A stretch of DNA of 64,000 nt from Octopus vulgaris (Eukaryota), in NCBI GenBank assembly GCA_951406725.2, contig OX597814.1, forward strand, positions 123,504,001 through 123,568,000. The letters run 5' to 3'. The notes under the pieces are model-generated. The model saw only the letters and a program-made list of their open reading frames with translations, had not been told where the DNA came from and did not search any database. Made by a program: the position numbers and the translations under genes. This document shows positions 26,137 through 40,894 of this stretch, in pieces (position 1 is the stretch's first letter; every line of letters begins with the position of its first letter).

Positions 26137-29100
26137 TTAAACAACCACCTAAAAATATACGGAGAAAAAGCTACACTCCAACTTCCAAAGCAGGACTTTT
26201 TGATAAACATATAATTGTTTATATCAACAAAGAAAAAATATGCCAATGTTGATGATAATATGAACAACTAACCATCATTTATCACAGTTATCCCAATTAA
26301 AACATGAAACTACCAGTTGACTGACCCTCTTTCTTTATAGCTCAATTATATACTCTATCAGGCTGTGACAAGGTTTATTCTACACAAATATTCCAACTGT
26401 CCACTAACAAAGAAACGCATGATATCCCAACTATCAGTTTGTAAAGTGACAAGAAGGCAGTTATCTATAAGTACATTGCACTTAATGTATTTCTGAATTA
26501 ACATATGATAAAGAAAATACTTTTAGAAAAAGTCTATTTCTGAATTAACAACATATGTTGATAAAGTGAATGAAAATTTTAATGACATTAAAAACTAGTA
26601 GTAGCTTAAAAAATAAAAAATAAAACTTTACCAAACCAAAGAAGATGTTATCAAATATCGCATGAAAAATAATTCAATTATCTTTTTTTATCACATTGCA
26701 GTTTATCAGCAGACCAGCAGTAATAATATTACTGCATCATCAAATTCAGAATACTAACATGGATTTGTGATACAATATTGATTTTAATTAGCAAGACAAA
26801 ACAAAACATAAATAAACACATTGAAAAAAAAAAAGAAGAGACAGAGAAATATTAATTCATGGAGATATTTCCCAAATTGATGAAACACAGATAACTTCAA
26901 ATGCCAAGAGCAAAAACTAGACCAAAAATTAGACCTAACAATTGAAAGAATCTCATGTTAGTTTTAACAATTTGAAGTTAAATTATTTTTATAAAAATGA
27001 TTAGGTTGACCAGAGGCCATCATATTTATTAATTGCTGACATTAATAAATTTTAATAAAATATTTAAAACAATAACATGAAAGTCATGATAACCATTTAA
27101 ATATACTCTTATATTCATTTTTATTTTGTGAAAGTATCATATATTAGTGTTAAAAAATGCTGTACACTGACAAACTAGTTAAGTGATACAATTCTGTCAC
27201 AACTGGATGGTATAGAAGAGTGTCCCCAACCAGGTCTTAGACATACAATTAAATTTTTGCATATTTTAGAGTATATAATAACTTCACAAAATAAACAGGA
27301 TACAACAGCATATGTGTGTGCATTTTAAATGGCTATTAGGTACTTAACAAATGCCACCATAGAAATGATGTTATTTGTTTCCAGTTCTCTGTGAAAATGG
27401 GTTTGGCCACAAGGAAATATCACTTTGCTTGCTAAATAGGTGAGAGTGGACAGCAGGAGGGGTATCAGGTAACAGAAAATCTGTCTTCTCCATGCAAGCA
27501 TGAAAAAGTGGACACTGAAATAATAGTGTATGTGTGTGTGTGTGAGTGCAAGGGCATCCAGCCATAGAAACCATGCCAAATCAGACTAGAGTCTGGTGCA
27601 GCTCCCCAGCTTTGGTCACACTGCCCAACCCATGCCTACATGGACAGCAGATGTTAAATGATGATGATGATGATGAAGATGAGGGAGTGTACACACACAC
27701 ACACACACACACACACATCAATCTACTGGGAAGATAATAAATGTATACTGAAAACCTCAAAGACAGAATCATAAATGCCCTGAGTTCTAAAACTATCAAA
27801 GCAAACTCAAAGCATCCCATTCCAGTATCATCTGATCTCTAACACCCAATATTTTTGAGTGGCTAACTCTTCCTTGCAATGACTCATTTCAACACCAATA
27901 CCAACATTATTTCTTCAAGATTCTAAGTTCTGCAATGGTTTCTTTGGTGATGGACTAATATCAAGTATTGTAGGAAAGGAAATATAGCAAATTCAATTGA
28001 CTTTAGCATATTACTAGTATTTATTTTATCAACACCTAAATGAGGTGAACACCCGCAAGATCTGAACTCAGAATACAGAGGATGAAATGAATATCATGAG
28101 ATACTGAATCTAGCAGTCAACTATTTTAGCCAAGTATTCACTCTTATCTCCCTAACTATCTCTACCACCCACAGCATGGGACTGACACAAATCATTACCA
28201 TAGTAAGATGTATGGACACCTATAATTAATTCACTAAGTATACATATATGCTTCATACAACACACAATGAAATATATCATATCAAAAGGTATTGAGGAAA
28301 TCTTTGACTATTTTTCCACATTTATCACGTGTATTCACACATGATCACCATGAAATCCAGTGATGAAGAAAGATCAATATTCAGATAACATGAGGCAATG
28401 AAATGCCATAAAATCTTTGAGCAGAAGAGAATAAAGCAAGGGTAAAGGTCAATGAACTTTAACAGTGAGTTTAAGAAAGACTTCAAAAAATAAATATATA
28501 TAAAGGTATATATCATTATTCTTGTATGTCGGGATGGTGTTTTTTGTTTTGTTTTGTTTTTGCCAAATAAACATACACACACAATATATTTGTTCTTCAT
28601 TTATTTATTACTGACCTTATTCTAACTCATGTTCACTGTCCCAAAATCTTTCGTCACACATCAGAGACCTCTTCAGCGACACTTTCCATCTTCATGTGTG
28701 CTCTTGGTCCATTTATTTCATTCTATATATCATTATTATCTTATCCATTGTTTTTTTTTTGTCTTGCAAGACTCAGAGATGACTGAAGCAGATTTTCTAC
28801 AACTGGATGTCCTTCCTCCCTAACCCTAACCCTCACCTGTTTCCAAACAAGATAATATTTTTCCATGGCTAGACATTTTCACAGAAGATTGGAAATGAAA
28901 CCTGCTGCTTGTATGACGATGATGGTCACTTATGACTGCATGATGGCAAGGCAAAGAGACATACAAAATGCATACAGAAATACAGCCATACAAACAAAGA
29001 TGTAAAACTGCAATCTCTCTGTAATTTCTTCCTGTCAACTTTTCCTTAAAGAAGGACATTGTCCAAAGCATAAAATTTTCCACTCCACACATCAAGTTCA

Positions 29101-32018
29101 TTAAAATCTTTTTGTTGATTTTACTAAACAAAACAAGGCTTACCAACACACACCAACACTAGTCTCTTTGGAGTCTCCAGATGAATACCACAGTTAATTT
29201 GCCTTTTCATGATGTATTTGCATAAATGACTATTTTAATCTAATACTGCTTCTGTTACATATCACAAATTTTCATTCAACCATCCAGCTAACTACAACAC
29301 CAGTAATTTTTCAATCACTATTTTCCTATATCAGTGACAACAAATTTTATCTTAGCATACAGTTGTCAATGGATATTTGCTACTGATAAGGCCCAAAAAG
29401 ATAGAAATGTGTATCTCGCATCTTTAACTTTTTTCAGTAATAAATCTATCATGCCATCTAGTTTAACACCAATAACTTCTGAGTGCCTTTTGTGAAACAA
29501 GCTCAATTAAAGCATTTTAATCAGACTACAAGTTCTTGTCAATGTTTTTCCTGAAGGTGTCCATACCTAGCAACCACATCAATGTCATCAGCCTTTGTTT
29601 TTCTTGCTTCATATGCAAATTAATTCATAACATATCTCCACAGCAATGTTCAGGCCTGAGCAAGGTGGTGTGAAGGAGGAACTATGCAGTATGTTCTGCT
29701 TTTCTACATGGCTGGTTCAGTCCAAGAAAAGGCAAGCACTAATACAGCCTGGTGCCAAAGTTGGTATATTAGTAACTAGAATAGTTTATAAAGAGTATTA
29801 AATTGCCTTAAGAGATTAATACCTGACATCATCTCATGGTCTGCTTCTTTAACACTGAAACACTCTGTGTTTCTTTCAATTACTTTAAATATAACAAAGA
29901 ATTTTGTAAAATAACTTAGTTATCATTCAGCTAGTGCTAGGAACATAAATTGTGACTAAGGTTTGGTGGAAGATTTTAATTGAAAACTTACGAAAACAAG
30001 ACATTTGTATTCAGAGCAAGAACCAGTTTCAGCTGGGTTGGTAACAAAAGGGTTAAGCTTTTCTTTATAATCAGAAACATAGGTGAGATCCAATGTTAAT
30101 GAGAGTTGAGATAATTGAAATATTGTGGGACAAGCCTGAGTGAAGTTAGCTTTATTAGTATTAAAGTCAGAGAAGGAAGGACAGGACTTTCAAAGCTGAT
30201 AGAGGGAGAAAAAAAGAAAGTATGACTCATGAATTGTTACAGTGGAGAAACAATGCATTGAATTATCATCAATCCAGAGACAGGTCTGAATATTTTGCAA
30301 AAGTGTCAACTTAACTAAATGCATGCAAGAGCCAAGAGGATTAAATCTATCCCTGAACTTGTCAATTTTACAGTGTTCCTACTGGTGAGATTGTTGAGTT
30401 TTTCTTACTGTGGAATGAATAGTTACAGCTACGTAGACTGCATTTTTTTCCTTTTTTTTTTCTTCGAAGGATTTAAGTATCTTGACCATGAATTATTAAC
30501 CTGTCAGTTGATTGTTCAATATCTAAGTAAGTCAACTATCCAAGAGTTACTACAGAAACATATTAACATTGTAATAACACATTAAATATGCAAACTATCT
30601 AATATATAAGTATAGTTTCAGATAGAAACACAGTTAAATATTTCAGAAACAATCCTCTAAGTAAAGACTGGTTTGAAATATAATCCATAACAGAAAATAA
30701 AATATTCCACAACAGATTAACTTAACCCAAACTGACAATTCTAGCAACATTTTCTTTTCAAACAGAAATTTTCACCATACATAACCATCATTATAAGCAT
30801 TCTATATACATAGTAGAAGAAATTTCTGTTTACCTTTGTCTTCTATAATACTTCTATAGGAGCAACATTATATAAGATCACAAGCTACCTTCTCTAGATT
30901 GTTCTATCACACTGGGAATAACTTAAGTTTTATGCATCATCATTGTTTAACGTTTGCTTTCCATGCTGGCATGGACTGGACGGTTTGACTGAGGACTGGC
31001 AAGCCAGTGGGCTGCACTAGGATTCAATCTGATCTGGCAAGGTTGAAGACCAGAAACAAGCCTGTTGATGACATCATCATAGTATGGTGTGTCAATATTC
31101 AAACACAAACTATATGTAAATTTACACATGCATCCAATTTATGTTAATACTGAAAATAACATCATTATCATTTAATGTCCACCTTCCCAAATATAATTTT
31201 TTTGAGGTAGGTTTTCTATGGCTTGATGCCTTACTTGTTGCTAACCCTCACCTGTTTCCAGGCAAGTTAATATTTCCCTATGGCCAGATATGTCTTTGAT
31301 TGAAGACCAGAAACAAACAATATCACTTGTATGATGATGATGATGATGCTCATTTACACCCATCACATGATGTCAAGATAAGGGTTCGCACAAAGACATA
31401 CGATGGGCTTCTGTCTACCAAATCTACTTACAAGGCTTTGGTCCACCCTGGGCTACAGTACAAGATATTTGCCCAGATGGTAGGATTGAACCACAGACCA
31501 AATAGTTAAGAAGCTTCTTTAACCCACCCACCCCCGCCACACACAAACACACACACACACACACACACACAAATATGTATATTTTATCTTTTACTTGATT
31601 CAGTCATTGGACTGCAGTCATGCTGGGGCAACATTCTGAGTGGATTTAGTCAAACAAATCGACCCCAGTACTTTTTTAAAAACCTGGTACTTATTCTATT
31701 GGTTTCTTTTGCTGAACCACTAAGTTATGGGGATATGAACAAACCAACGCCAGTTGTCAAGTGGTGGTGGAGGATAAACACAACACACACACACACAGAG
31801 TTTCCATCTACCAAATCCACTTGCAAGGTTGTGGTCAACCCATGCTATAGAAGAAAACACTTGGCCAAGGTGGCACGCAATGGGACTGAACTTAGAACCA
31901 TGTGGCTGGGAAACAAATGTCTTACCATACATAATGTTAAGGTGCACTAAAAATGGAAGAAACTAAAATAATTTGCATTTCTCCTCCAATTATTATAATT
32001 GTCTGATCTAATTACTAT

Positions 32019-32243
32019 ACAGTAATCCCTTGAATATTGTGGGTGTTACGTTCCAAAACCTCCCACGATAGGTGAAAATCCATGAAGTAGAACAGTACTG
32101 TACTGTATATTTTTTAAAATTATTTTTATAATTTGAATATATTTATTTTATTATAAATGCAAAACAACACCACTGAGGAATCACCGCAAGCTTGAATAAT
32201 AAACTGCGATAGGTGAACTGTGATATGGTGAGGGTTTCCTCTA
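32019..32243. mobile_element. Tigger/pogo-like MITE
   Basis: ta|cagtaatccct... start, degenerate ...agggtttcctct|a end, internal repeated cgataggtgaa. Confidence 0.5.
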
Positions 32244-33206
32244 ACTGCTCGCACCACTTCTTCATATAAACATAAACAGCATTAAAGTCTTCAACAAACA
32301 TTGCTAAGAGACCACCATCACACTCAGTCACTACCAGGTTTCACAAGAAAGGATAGGGGAGTACAGTAAATATAACATGCTTAGACTGCCACACAGCATT
32401 CCAAACAATAAACCACTCTTGCCAGAGTGCAGTCTTCAGTCAAGCAGAGCCATGGAATATCCATGTTGCTAAATCTATAGGCCTGCTAAGTAGGTCAAAC
32501 CATGAGCTACAACTAATAAACTAATAACAAATAAAATGTTAGTCCTAATTAGCATACAGATTAAGGTAATATTTCTTTTTTTAGATAATCTCAACCCTGC
32601 CATCTGACCCTAGATAATCATAATCCATAAAAAAGTTATAATCTATAGATTAAAAATCCAATAATCTGGGAAGGCATTTATAAAGAATACTAATAATGAT
32701 GCCAATAATGATTATCATAAATTAGCGGGGTGGGAGAGAGAAAATACAAATGGTTGTTGCCCCTAACAATAGGTTAAGGTAGTTTAGGGACAAGGAAACG
32801 AGTTATGAACAGATAATGGATATAGAGGATCCCCTTCCTCATTTACACACCTCCCCACACACACACACAATCATCATCATCATCATCAAATAGTAATTTA
32901 AGCTCTCCAATAAATATAAGTAGACTAGCAAACACACACGTGCACATATATTTGTTATATACACAACATATAAACCAACAATTGAACATCTCATAGTTAG
33001 TTGCTCAACCTGGTAGAAATAACTGCCAAATCTCCCTCTAATTATTCCCTACTGTCTTAAAAACACTGAACAATACGGTCTTACATATACAAAAAAGATA
33101 AGTTTGTCATGGCTGGAATCCCACAAGGCTAAACAACAAATAATATACACATGCAGAGATACATACCCATACATACATACATACATAAATATATATATAT
33201 ACATAC

Positions 33207-33246
<40 letters not shown>

Positions 33247-33271
33247 TCTCTCTCGTTTATTTCCTCATGTT

Positions 33272-33310
33272 CAATTCTGTTGAAGGGCGTAGGCTCGAAA
33301 CGTAAAAGAC
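33272..33310 (+). ncRNA. Hammerhead-like variant (CUGUUGA core) in a TA-flanked repeat
   Basis: CTGTTGA-a-gggc-gtag-gctc-GAAA-CG-TA-aaagac. The downstream 100 bp or so is homologous to about 15450-15530; a related decayed motif sits at 15413-15441. Confidence 0.45.
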
Positions 33311-34020
33311 TTTCTCAACTTCTCGACCGTTAAACTAATACACCCGTTTGTTGTTTATGCACCTGTCTCCATCTTTTGTTTTACTGTAATTTTCAGCTAT
33401 ATACACACACACATATAAGTACAAATACAGTTGTGTGGGAATATTCTTTTACTTCTTTCAGTCATGTGACTGTGACCATGCTGGAGCACCACCTTTAGTC
33501 GAGCAAACTGACCCCAGAACTTATTCTTTGTAAGCCTAGTACTCATTCTATCAGTCTCTTTTGCCGAACCGCTAAATTACGGGGACATAAACACACCAGC
33601 ATCGGTTGTCAAGCGATGTTGGGGGAAGCCAAACACAGACACACTCATACATATATATATATACCTATATATGACAGGCTTCTTTCAGTTTCCATCTACC
33701 AAATCCACTCACAAGGCTTTGGTCGGCCCGAGGCTATAGTAGAAGACTCTTGGCCAAGGTGCCATGCATCATAATCATATGGTTTGCTAATGCTCAATCT
33801 CATTGCTCGGCACTATGGGCAAAAGTCACCTAATGTAACCGCTGGTTAACCAATGGCCAGTGAGTCAAATTATACAGTCTGAAACGAGGAAGCTTGTCAT
33901 GTATGTGGGCATCCATTACCTCAGTTTCACAACTAAGTATGACTAACTTACATAAACTACATGAAACCTTTTGAAGCTTTTACATAATATAATCTAGTTT
34001 ACTGCGTGAGCATGTGTGTG

Positions 34021-34345
34021 AAGGCACATAGCTCAGTGGTTAGAGTGCCGGGCTTACAAGTGTGAGGTTGTGAGTTTGATTCCCAGACTTGGCTTTGTAT
34101 TGTGTTCTTGAGCAAGACACTTTATTTCACGTTGATTCAGTTCACTCAGCAGTAGAAATGAGTTGCGATATCACTGGTGCCAAGCTGCATTGGCTTTTGC
34201 CTTTCCACTGGACAACATCAGTGGCATGGAGAAGGGAGATTGTAATGCATGGGTAACTGCTGGTCTTCCAAAAACAACCTTGCCCAGAAGGGAACATTCT
34301 AGGTGCAATCCCATGGTCATTTGTGACCAAAGGGGATTTTTACCC
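34021..34345 (+). mobile_element. tRNA-derived SINE
   Basis: tagctcagtggttagag (box A), gagtttgattcc (box B), then tgtgttcttgagcaagacacttta core. Confidence 0.7.
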
Positions 34346-34535
34346 TTTATATATATATATATATATATATTTCATTTTTGGATTTGGGTTGCAAGATTCT
34401 TTATGTGAATTCGTGTGTTGAAGCATATTCTGTTTGTGTATGGGGAGAGTCATTCTCTTTTAGTGCCTTATAATTTAACACACTCACCAGTAAAATTTCC
34501 ACTCATTTACTTATTTATTTTTCTAAAATTATTGC

Positions 34536-34566
<31 letters not shown>

Positions 34567-36135
34567 TCTACCAAATCCACTCACAAGGTGTGGGCTGGCC
34601 TAAATACAGTGTACTAAATTGATAAAATGCTAACAAAAGAAAAATAATATTGTAGTGCAATGCCAACTTACAATTATAAATTGACAATTAAGTCTCCTTC
34701 TACTGTAGCTTGACATAATACTACAGAAAGATAACAGACTTGAGCCACACCCATTCTATGAATACATAACAAGACACTTAACCCTTTTCTTATCATATTT
34801 CTGTTGGAATTCATAGCCTTTGTTTCAATTAATTTTGAAGAGAATAAAGAATTTAATAAAAAAGTTGTCATTTTTAAGCTGATATATGGAATATAAATTA
34901 GATGAAATTTTGATGGGAGATTTTAATTTAATTTTAATGAGATCACTTAAATACAGGAAGTTTGTAACATAGAACCAGTTTAACATCATGATGCAGTTAC
35001 TTTGTAAGTTAATTTGTTGAAAACATTCAGACCAGAGGATATGTTTTTCTTGGCACACCTTAATCAACAAACATGTTCAGAATGGGTATTTCACCATTCC
35101 AGGATGGTCTGCAAAGATCATAGGCACTTCCTCTTCTCCTCTTGCCAACTAACTTAAAGACTGCATAATCTGATCTTTCACCAGAAAATAACCAATGTAA
35201 CAACCACAGACATGTACTGTTCAGACTATGAAACGGTCTGACTGATTAAAAGTTTCTCATACCCACACATTACAACTAGCTCAACATGCTGTTATATCTC
35301 TTGTACTTGCTCAGCCAAATAATGATAGCCAACCCAATATTTTTCTAAATTACCACATTGTGGATATTTCTGATGTTAAAATATTCTTTTTTACTCTAGG
35401 CACAAGGCCAGACAATTTTGGGGAGGGGGCCAGTTGATTAGATCGACCCCAGTATGCAACTGGTACATAATTTATCAACCCCAAAAGGATGAAAAGCAAA
35501 GTCGACCTCAGCGGAATTTGAACTCACAACGTAAAGACAGAGGAAATACTGCTAAGCATTTCGCCCAGCTCGCTGCCTTAGATGTTAAAAATATTGAAAA
35601 TAACCATGTCTAACACTTCCTGTATTCTGCAGCATTGAAAACACTATATTTTACCAATGTTAAATTTCAAAAATTTAGGGACTCTCTAGGACAAATACAT
35701 TTTACATCATCAGCAAATTTTAATCACAGAGGTTAAAATTTTCTATGGCTAAACATACCGTGTCTCCATATTGTAAAAGCAAAACAAAAAAACTTGCACT
35801 ATAAATGAGTAACAACACTTATGTCAAATAAGCCACCAACAAAACATCTTAGTAAAAGTGCTGGGATCTCTTGATCTTTTTTTTTTTACCTCACTCTCTA
35901 AAACTTTCCAATCATAATTGGAATGCATTTTCAAAGTCAGAGCATCCTCTACATTGGGGAAATGCAGTAAATATAGTCAGTGACTCTATTTAATTGTAAA
36001 GAAAATAGACATGGATCCTAAGGTTCAAATGAGAAAAGAGTTTTTAATGTAAAATTGGCTAACTCAGGTGCCTGGGTAAATATGTTCCAAATTTTAATGT
36101 TACTTGTCCGTGGGTCAAGTATACACTATCTGTTT

Positions 36136-36166
<31 letters not shown>

Positions 36167-37348
36167 CCATTTAACATCAGTTGTCCATGCTGGTTTGACC
36201 AGGCCTGGCAAGCTGGAAGGCTGCACCAGACTCCAGTCTTATTTGGCATGGTTTCTATGGCTGGATGTCCTTCCTAACACCAACCACTCCAAGATGTAAT
36301 GGGTGCTTTTACGTGCCACCAGCATGGGTGCCATTTGCACGACACCAGTATCTGCCATCATTGCAATTTTAATTGGCTTGATGCATCTTCTTCTCAAGCA
36401 CTACATAATGCCAAAGGTCTTGGTCATTTATCATTGCCTCTGTGAGGCCTAACACTAGAAAAGTGCTTTTCATATGCCACTGGCATCAACCACTTTGTCT
36501 CAGTAAGGCACAATGCTCAATAGGTGCTTTTTACATGACTCCAGCACGAGTACCAGTTACACCAGCATCGGCTATGACTACAATTTCACTTGGCTTGACG
36601 GGTCTTCTCAATCATAGCACATTGCCAAAGGTCTCGCTCACCAGTCATTGCCTCTGTGAGGCCTAAAATTCGAAGATCCATTTTATCATTTAGCCACCAG
36701 GTCTTTGAATAAATATTTATAGATGTGCAATTTCTATTTATTAATACATCAACAGGTTGAGTTGACATAAGATAGATTGTTCACTGTTTTAGAGAATAAA
36801 TAACCAGTATGAACAAACATTGGGTTATCAAAAGAGAAGAGAGGGCAAGAAGTAAACTGAAGATAGGGTAGCTAGATAAGGTTTTTGGAAAAGTGGGGAT
36901 TAGAAAAAGCAGATGTTAATGCAATGATATGTAAGCATAATTAAACACAGTTATTTATGTATAAATATACACACGTGTCTAAAACTGTATACAACCATGT
37001 GTAAAGCAATAACAAATATACAGCCTGAAATTTAACACAGAAGACAGGCCGAAGGAACAAATAGTATTTAAACATCTCTTCCTCAAATATATTTATATCT
37101 TAGTATGTGAGTGTGACACAACAATCTAGCAAGTTTTGGATGAAGAATATCACAGAAAACAACATATAACAGAATTTATCCAGAAATGTTTAAAGAAATT
37201 TCAACACAGCATGCTAAAAATAATACTGCTCATTTTTATACATTCACCAAGAAATTATATACGTGTGCACGCGCGTGCATGTGTGTTTGTGAGAAAGAGG
37301 GGAGGAGGTTTGGTAATGCAAATGGGAGAAATAGAACTCAATACATAG

Positions 37349-37407
<59 letters not shown>

Positions 37408-37452
37408 AAACAAGTCAAAATAGAAAATGCTAAAATAATTTTATAAAGAACA

Positions 37453-37496
37453 TTTCAGTACCGGTTTCGGTCATTTTGAGACCTTTTCAACTGTAA
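37453..37496 (-). ncRNA. Minimal type-I hammerhead with U3-A8 covariation, sense to SREBP intron 1
   Basis: Minus strand uuacag-UUGAAAA-gguc-ucaaaau-gacc-GAAA-ccgg-UA-cugaaa, inside a segment of about 220 bp flanked by (TA)n. Confidence 0.65.
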
Positions 37497-38299
37497 CGAT
37501 TAAATAATTAAATTTAGAAAAATTAGAAGAAAAGTTTTTTTAAAAGAATATTTGTATAGTGTTCAAATATAAGTGGCATTCTGCCTTTCTCTGTCTCCCT
37601 TGTTTGCACTTGTGTGTTCGAGGTCATATATATATATATAATTATTACCTGTGAAACTACACAAGCCATTCAAAGATTTAGAGTTTTGTGCAACAGCAAT
37701 TACCAAACTAGTTCAGAAATTACATACTGCTTGTGTGTGTGTGCGCGTGTGTGTGCGCGCGTGCGCGTGTTAGTGTGTGCGTGTACGTGTGTGTGTGTGA
37801 GTAATATTAAATAAATGACAAAGAATCAGCTGTTTCTGCTATAAGATGTAGTGCACTCAGAGCTGAGTGTATATGCATCACCTTAGAGCTTCAGCTAAAA
37901 TACAGAATTCTTATTAAAAGATCTTTAGAAAATTTGTTGGTATGTTACATGGTAATACAATTTCAAGATTAGCAGACTTGAATGCAAAATAAATGGCACA
38001 TGAAAGAACCATAGTCTGACAAATCCACAAGTTAATTTAGTAAACAGTTGACTAAACAATAAGAAGAGTTAATTACTTAATTAGTGTACAGATGATGGTA
38101 ATAAAACAAATGAATTGCAACTACAGCATGTTTTTATAGGCAAAATGACACTCCTAAAATACAACAAATAAAATTATTAGTAAATTAAGTAACAGAGGAA
38201 GATGTCAATGTCTAGCACTGGCAGTACCATTGTTAAGTAATACAAATGCAAAGAAAATGCCCTAGAAAAAGAAAAGCAACAGAGACATCAAACTGTTGG

Positions 38300-38590
38300 G
38301 CTAGGTTATGAAAGTTACAGAAAATTTTATTGCAAATCTGATTAAGAACCAGCTTGGCTAAGATGTAGTTTGGTTTGAACCAGAAAAGGTTAGCCATGAG
38401 GCCATGTACCTAGTGAGACAACTGCACGAAGTTCTTACATAAGAGTAGGCTGCTATACCTAGCATTTGTCAATTTGTAGAAGGCCTAAGAAAACCAGGAG
38501 TAGATGACTGGCTTGTAAGGGTCATTAAAGCCATTCTCAGAAGAGCGGTCAACAAAATGAGAATCAGCAATAAGTTCAGTGATGAATTCA
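38300..38590 (+). mobile_element. Decayed RTE LINE RT fragment
   Basis: Frameshifted pieces AMYLVRQL, LYLAFVNL*KA and LRKPGVDDWLVRVIKA. Confidence 0.6.
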
Positions 38591-39734
38591 TATATATATG
38601 ACAGGCATCTCACAGTTTCTATTTACAAACATAACTCTCAAGGCTTTGGTTCCCCTGAGGCTATAGTAGAAGAAACTTGCCCCTAAGTACCTCAGAGTAG
38701 AACTGAAGCTGAAACAATGTCGTTGAGAAGTCAGCTTCTAAACTACAAAGCCATTACTTCACTCAAAGTCATACATGTGCCTAAATGTCAGTATGTTGTT
38801 CATTTTACATCTGTTTTACCATGCTAGCATGGGTTAGACATGAATATATTTTGAAGCATTGGTTTAAAGTTGGATGCCCTTTCTTTAACTAACCCTTACC
38901 AGTTTCACAAGGAAAGGGTCTCTTATTTCATGAGTCTTTGAAGGTACAAAGAGAGAGGACAATTTGTTGACAGAAGTGATAACACCAATCATAGCAAATT
39001 ATTTTCATAAAACAAATATAAAAATCACACATATACACACATATACAACAGACTTCTTTCAATTTCCACTCAGAAGGTTTTGATCAACCTAAGGATGTAG
39101 GAGAAAATACTTGGTCGGCTAAGGTACCACACAGTGGGACTGGATCTGGAATGATGAGATTGGAAAGTGATCTTGGACACATAGTCTTGCCTGCCTATGT
39201 TTTCATATCACCATCATCATCATTTAACGTCTGTTTTTCATGCTGGCATGGGTTGGATGGCTTGAAAGGAACTGGTAAGGCTGGGAGTTGCACAAGGCTC
39301 CATTGTTTTCACATGGTTTCTTCAGCTGGATGCCCTTCCTAATGCCAACCACTTTACAGGGTGTACTGGGTGCTTTTTACATGGTACCAGCACAGATAGA
39401 ATCACCAATATGTACCCTAAAACTGAACCCGAGACCATGTAATTGAAAAACAAATACCCAATTGACTGGTTTCAAATATGGAAATTTGAATTGAAGTACT
39501 TTATTTCTGTAACTGAACTTATTGGGTGCGGAAACAGCTGTAGGCTGGAATTTCTCTACTGAATTCGAATATCTTTGAATAAATAATGTCAATAATGTCA
39601 ATTTTTCTATTTTCTTCCTTTTCTCATTCATATATATATCCTCATCATCATCATTTAGTGTCTGCTTTCCATGCTAGCATGGATTGGATGGTTCAACTGG
39701 GGTCTGGGAAGCCAGAAGGCTGCACCAGGCCCAG

Positions 39735-39784
<50 letters not shown>

Positions 39785-40064
39785 ATTCAAAACACAGAGA
39801 AAAAAAAGAAAAAGAAAAATCATGAGGATGTAACAGAAGCAATGTATTACTGACACTTGGTGAAAGAAGAGAGTTGTTCTACACACACACACACACACAT
39901 AGTGTACTGTTCACTTATTGAGATGATTAGCAAAGAAGTTGTCAATTTAGTGAGATAAATATCATATAAGAATACAGGAGTTATATGTGAGCTCAAGTTT
40001 CATACTAGGGTAGTGCAGTAATCAGACAGGCTTTTATAGTATATCATGCATGATCCATTAAGAC

Positions 40065-40410
40065 TTACAGAACTGCAAAAGTGGGCAAATAGCAACACTT
40101 ATGGACTAGTTTGAGAGCATAATGGATAAGCTCAGAACTAAGTTCAAACAGTTTGATATTGTGGACTTTCACCCTTTGATATCAAGACCCTTACAAGATA
40201 AAGTAATAAAGTCTGCCAGAAAATACGTCGCCACTGACCAAACAGATACTGAGTTAATCATGAATGCACATAAAACCTTCCTCTTTAGTAAAGGTTGAGC
40301 TTGGATCATGAAATTTGAACCTGACAAAATGTTTTATAGATCAATGTGTGTATATATATATATGGATCTATATTGATATATGTGATCTAATAAGGATTTT
40401 TATACAAAAT
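40065..40410 (+). mobile_element. Decayed PLE reverse transcriptase fragment
   Basis: KFKQFDIVDFHPLISRPLQDKVIKSARKY...ELIMNAHKTFLFSKG*AWIMK, later ICDLIRIFI. Matches the PLE FDIVDFYPSI and CDLVG motifs. Confidence 0.7.
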
Positions 40411-40755
40411 ATCTTAAAACTAGCCATAAATGTATTTGTCCACATATGTATTCTCAACATCATTTAACTTATTTTTTCATGCTGGTATGGCTTGGACAGT
40501 TCAATAGAATCCCTAACAAGGTACAAGACTGTACTGAGCTCCAATGTCTGCATTGGCACAATTTCTACAGCTGGGTGCCCTTTCTAACGCCAACCACTTA
40601 ACAGAGTGTACTGGGTACATTCTTTCATGACACCAACAGTAGTGAGGCCAACAAACAACACATAAAAGAAGGCTCCTTGAAAAAAGTAGGTGTGAGTATT
40701 GAAGGATGTAGTTTTGAGAAGCTAAAGCAACTGGTATGTCACGAGACGATGCTAG

Positions 40756-40894
40756 GTGTGCCACAGTGTAACATGGATGTGATTTTTTTCCCTATACTTT
40801 TAATTATATTTTTCGTTCAAGTGTGCCACAGTGTAACATGGATGTGATTTTTTTCCCTATACTTTTAATTATATTTTTCGTTCAAGTGTGCCAC
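40756..40894 (+). repeat. Exact 65-bp tandem duplication
   Basis: gtgtgccacagtgtaacatgg...cgttcaa at 40756 and 40821. Confidence 0.9.

Noticed and set aside
34021-34095. Possible tRNA genes here and at 41490-41565
   Set aside because: Boxes A and B are present but there is no closed acceptor stem, and each runs into a SINE body.
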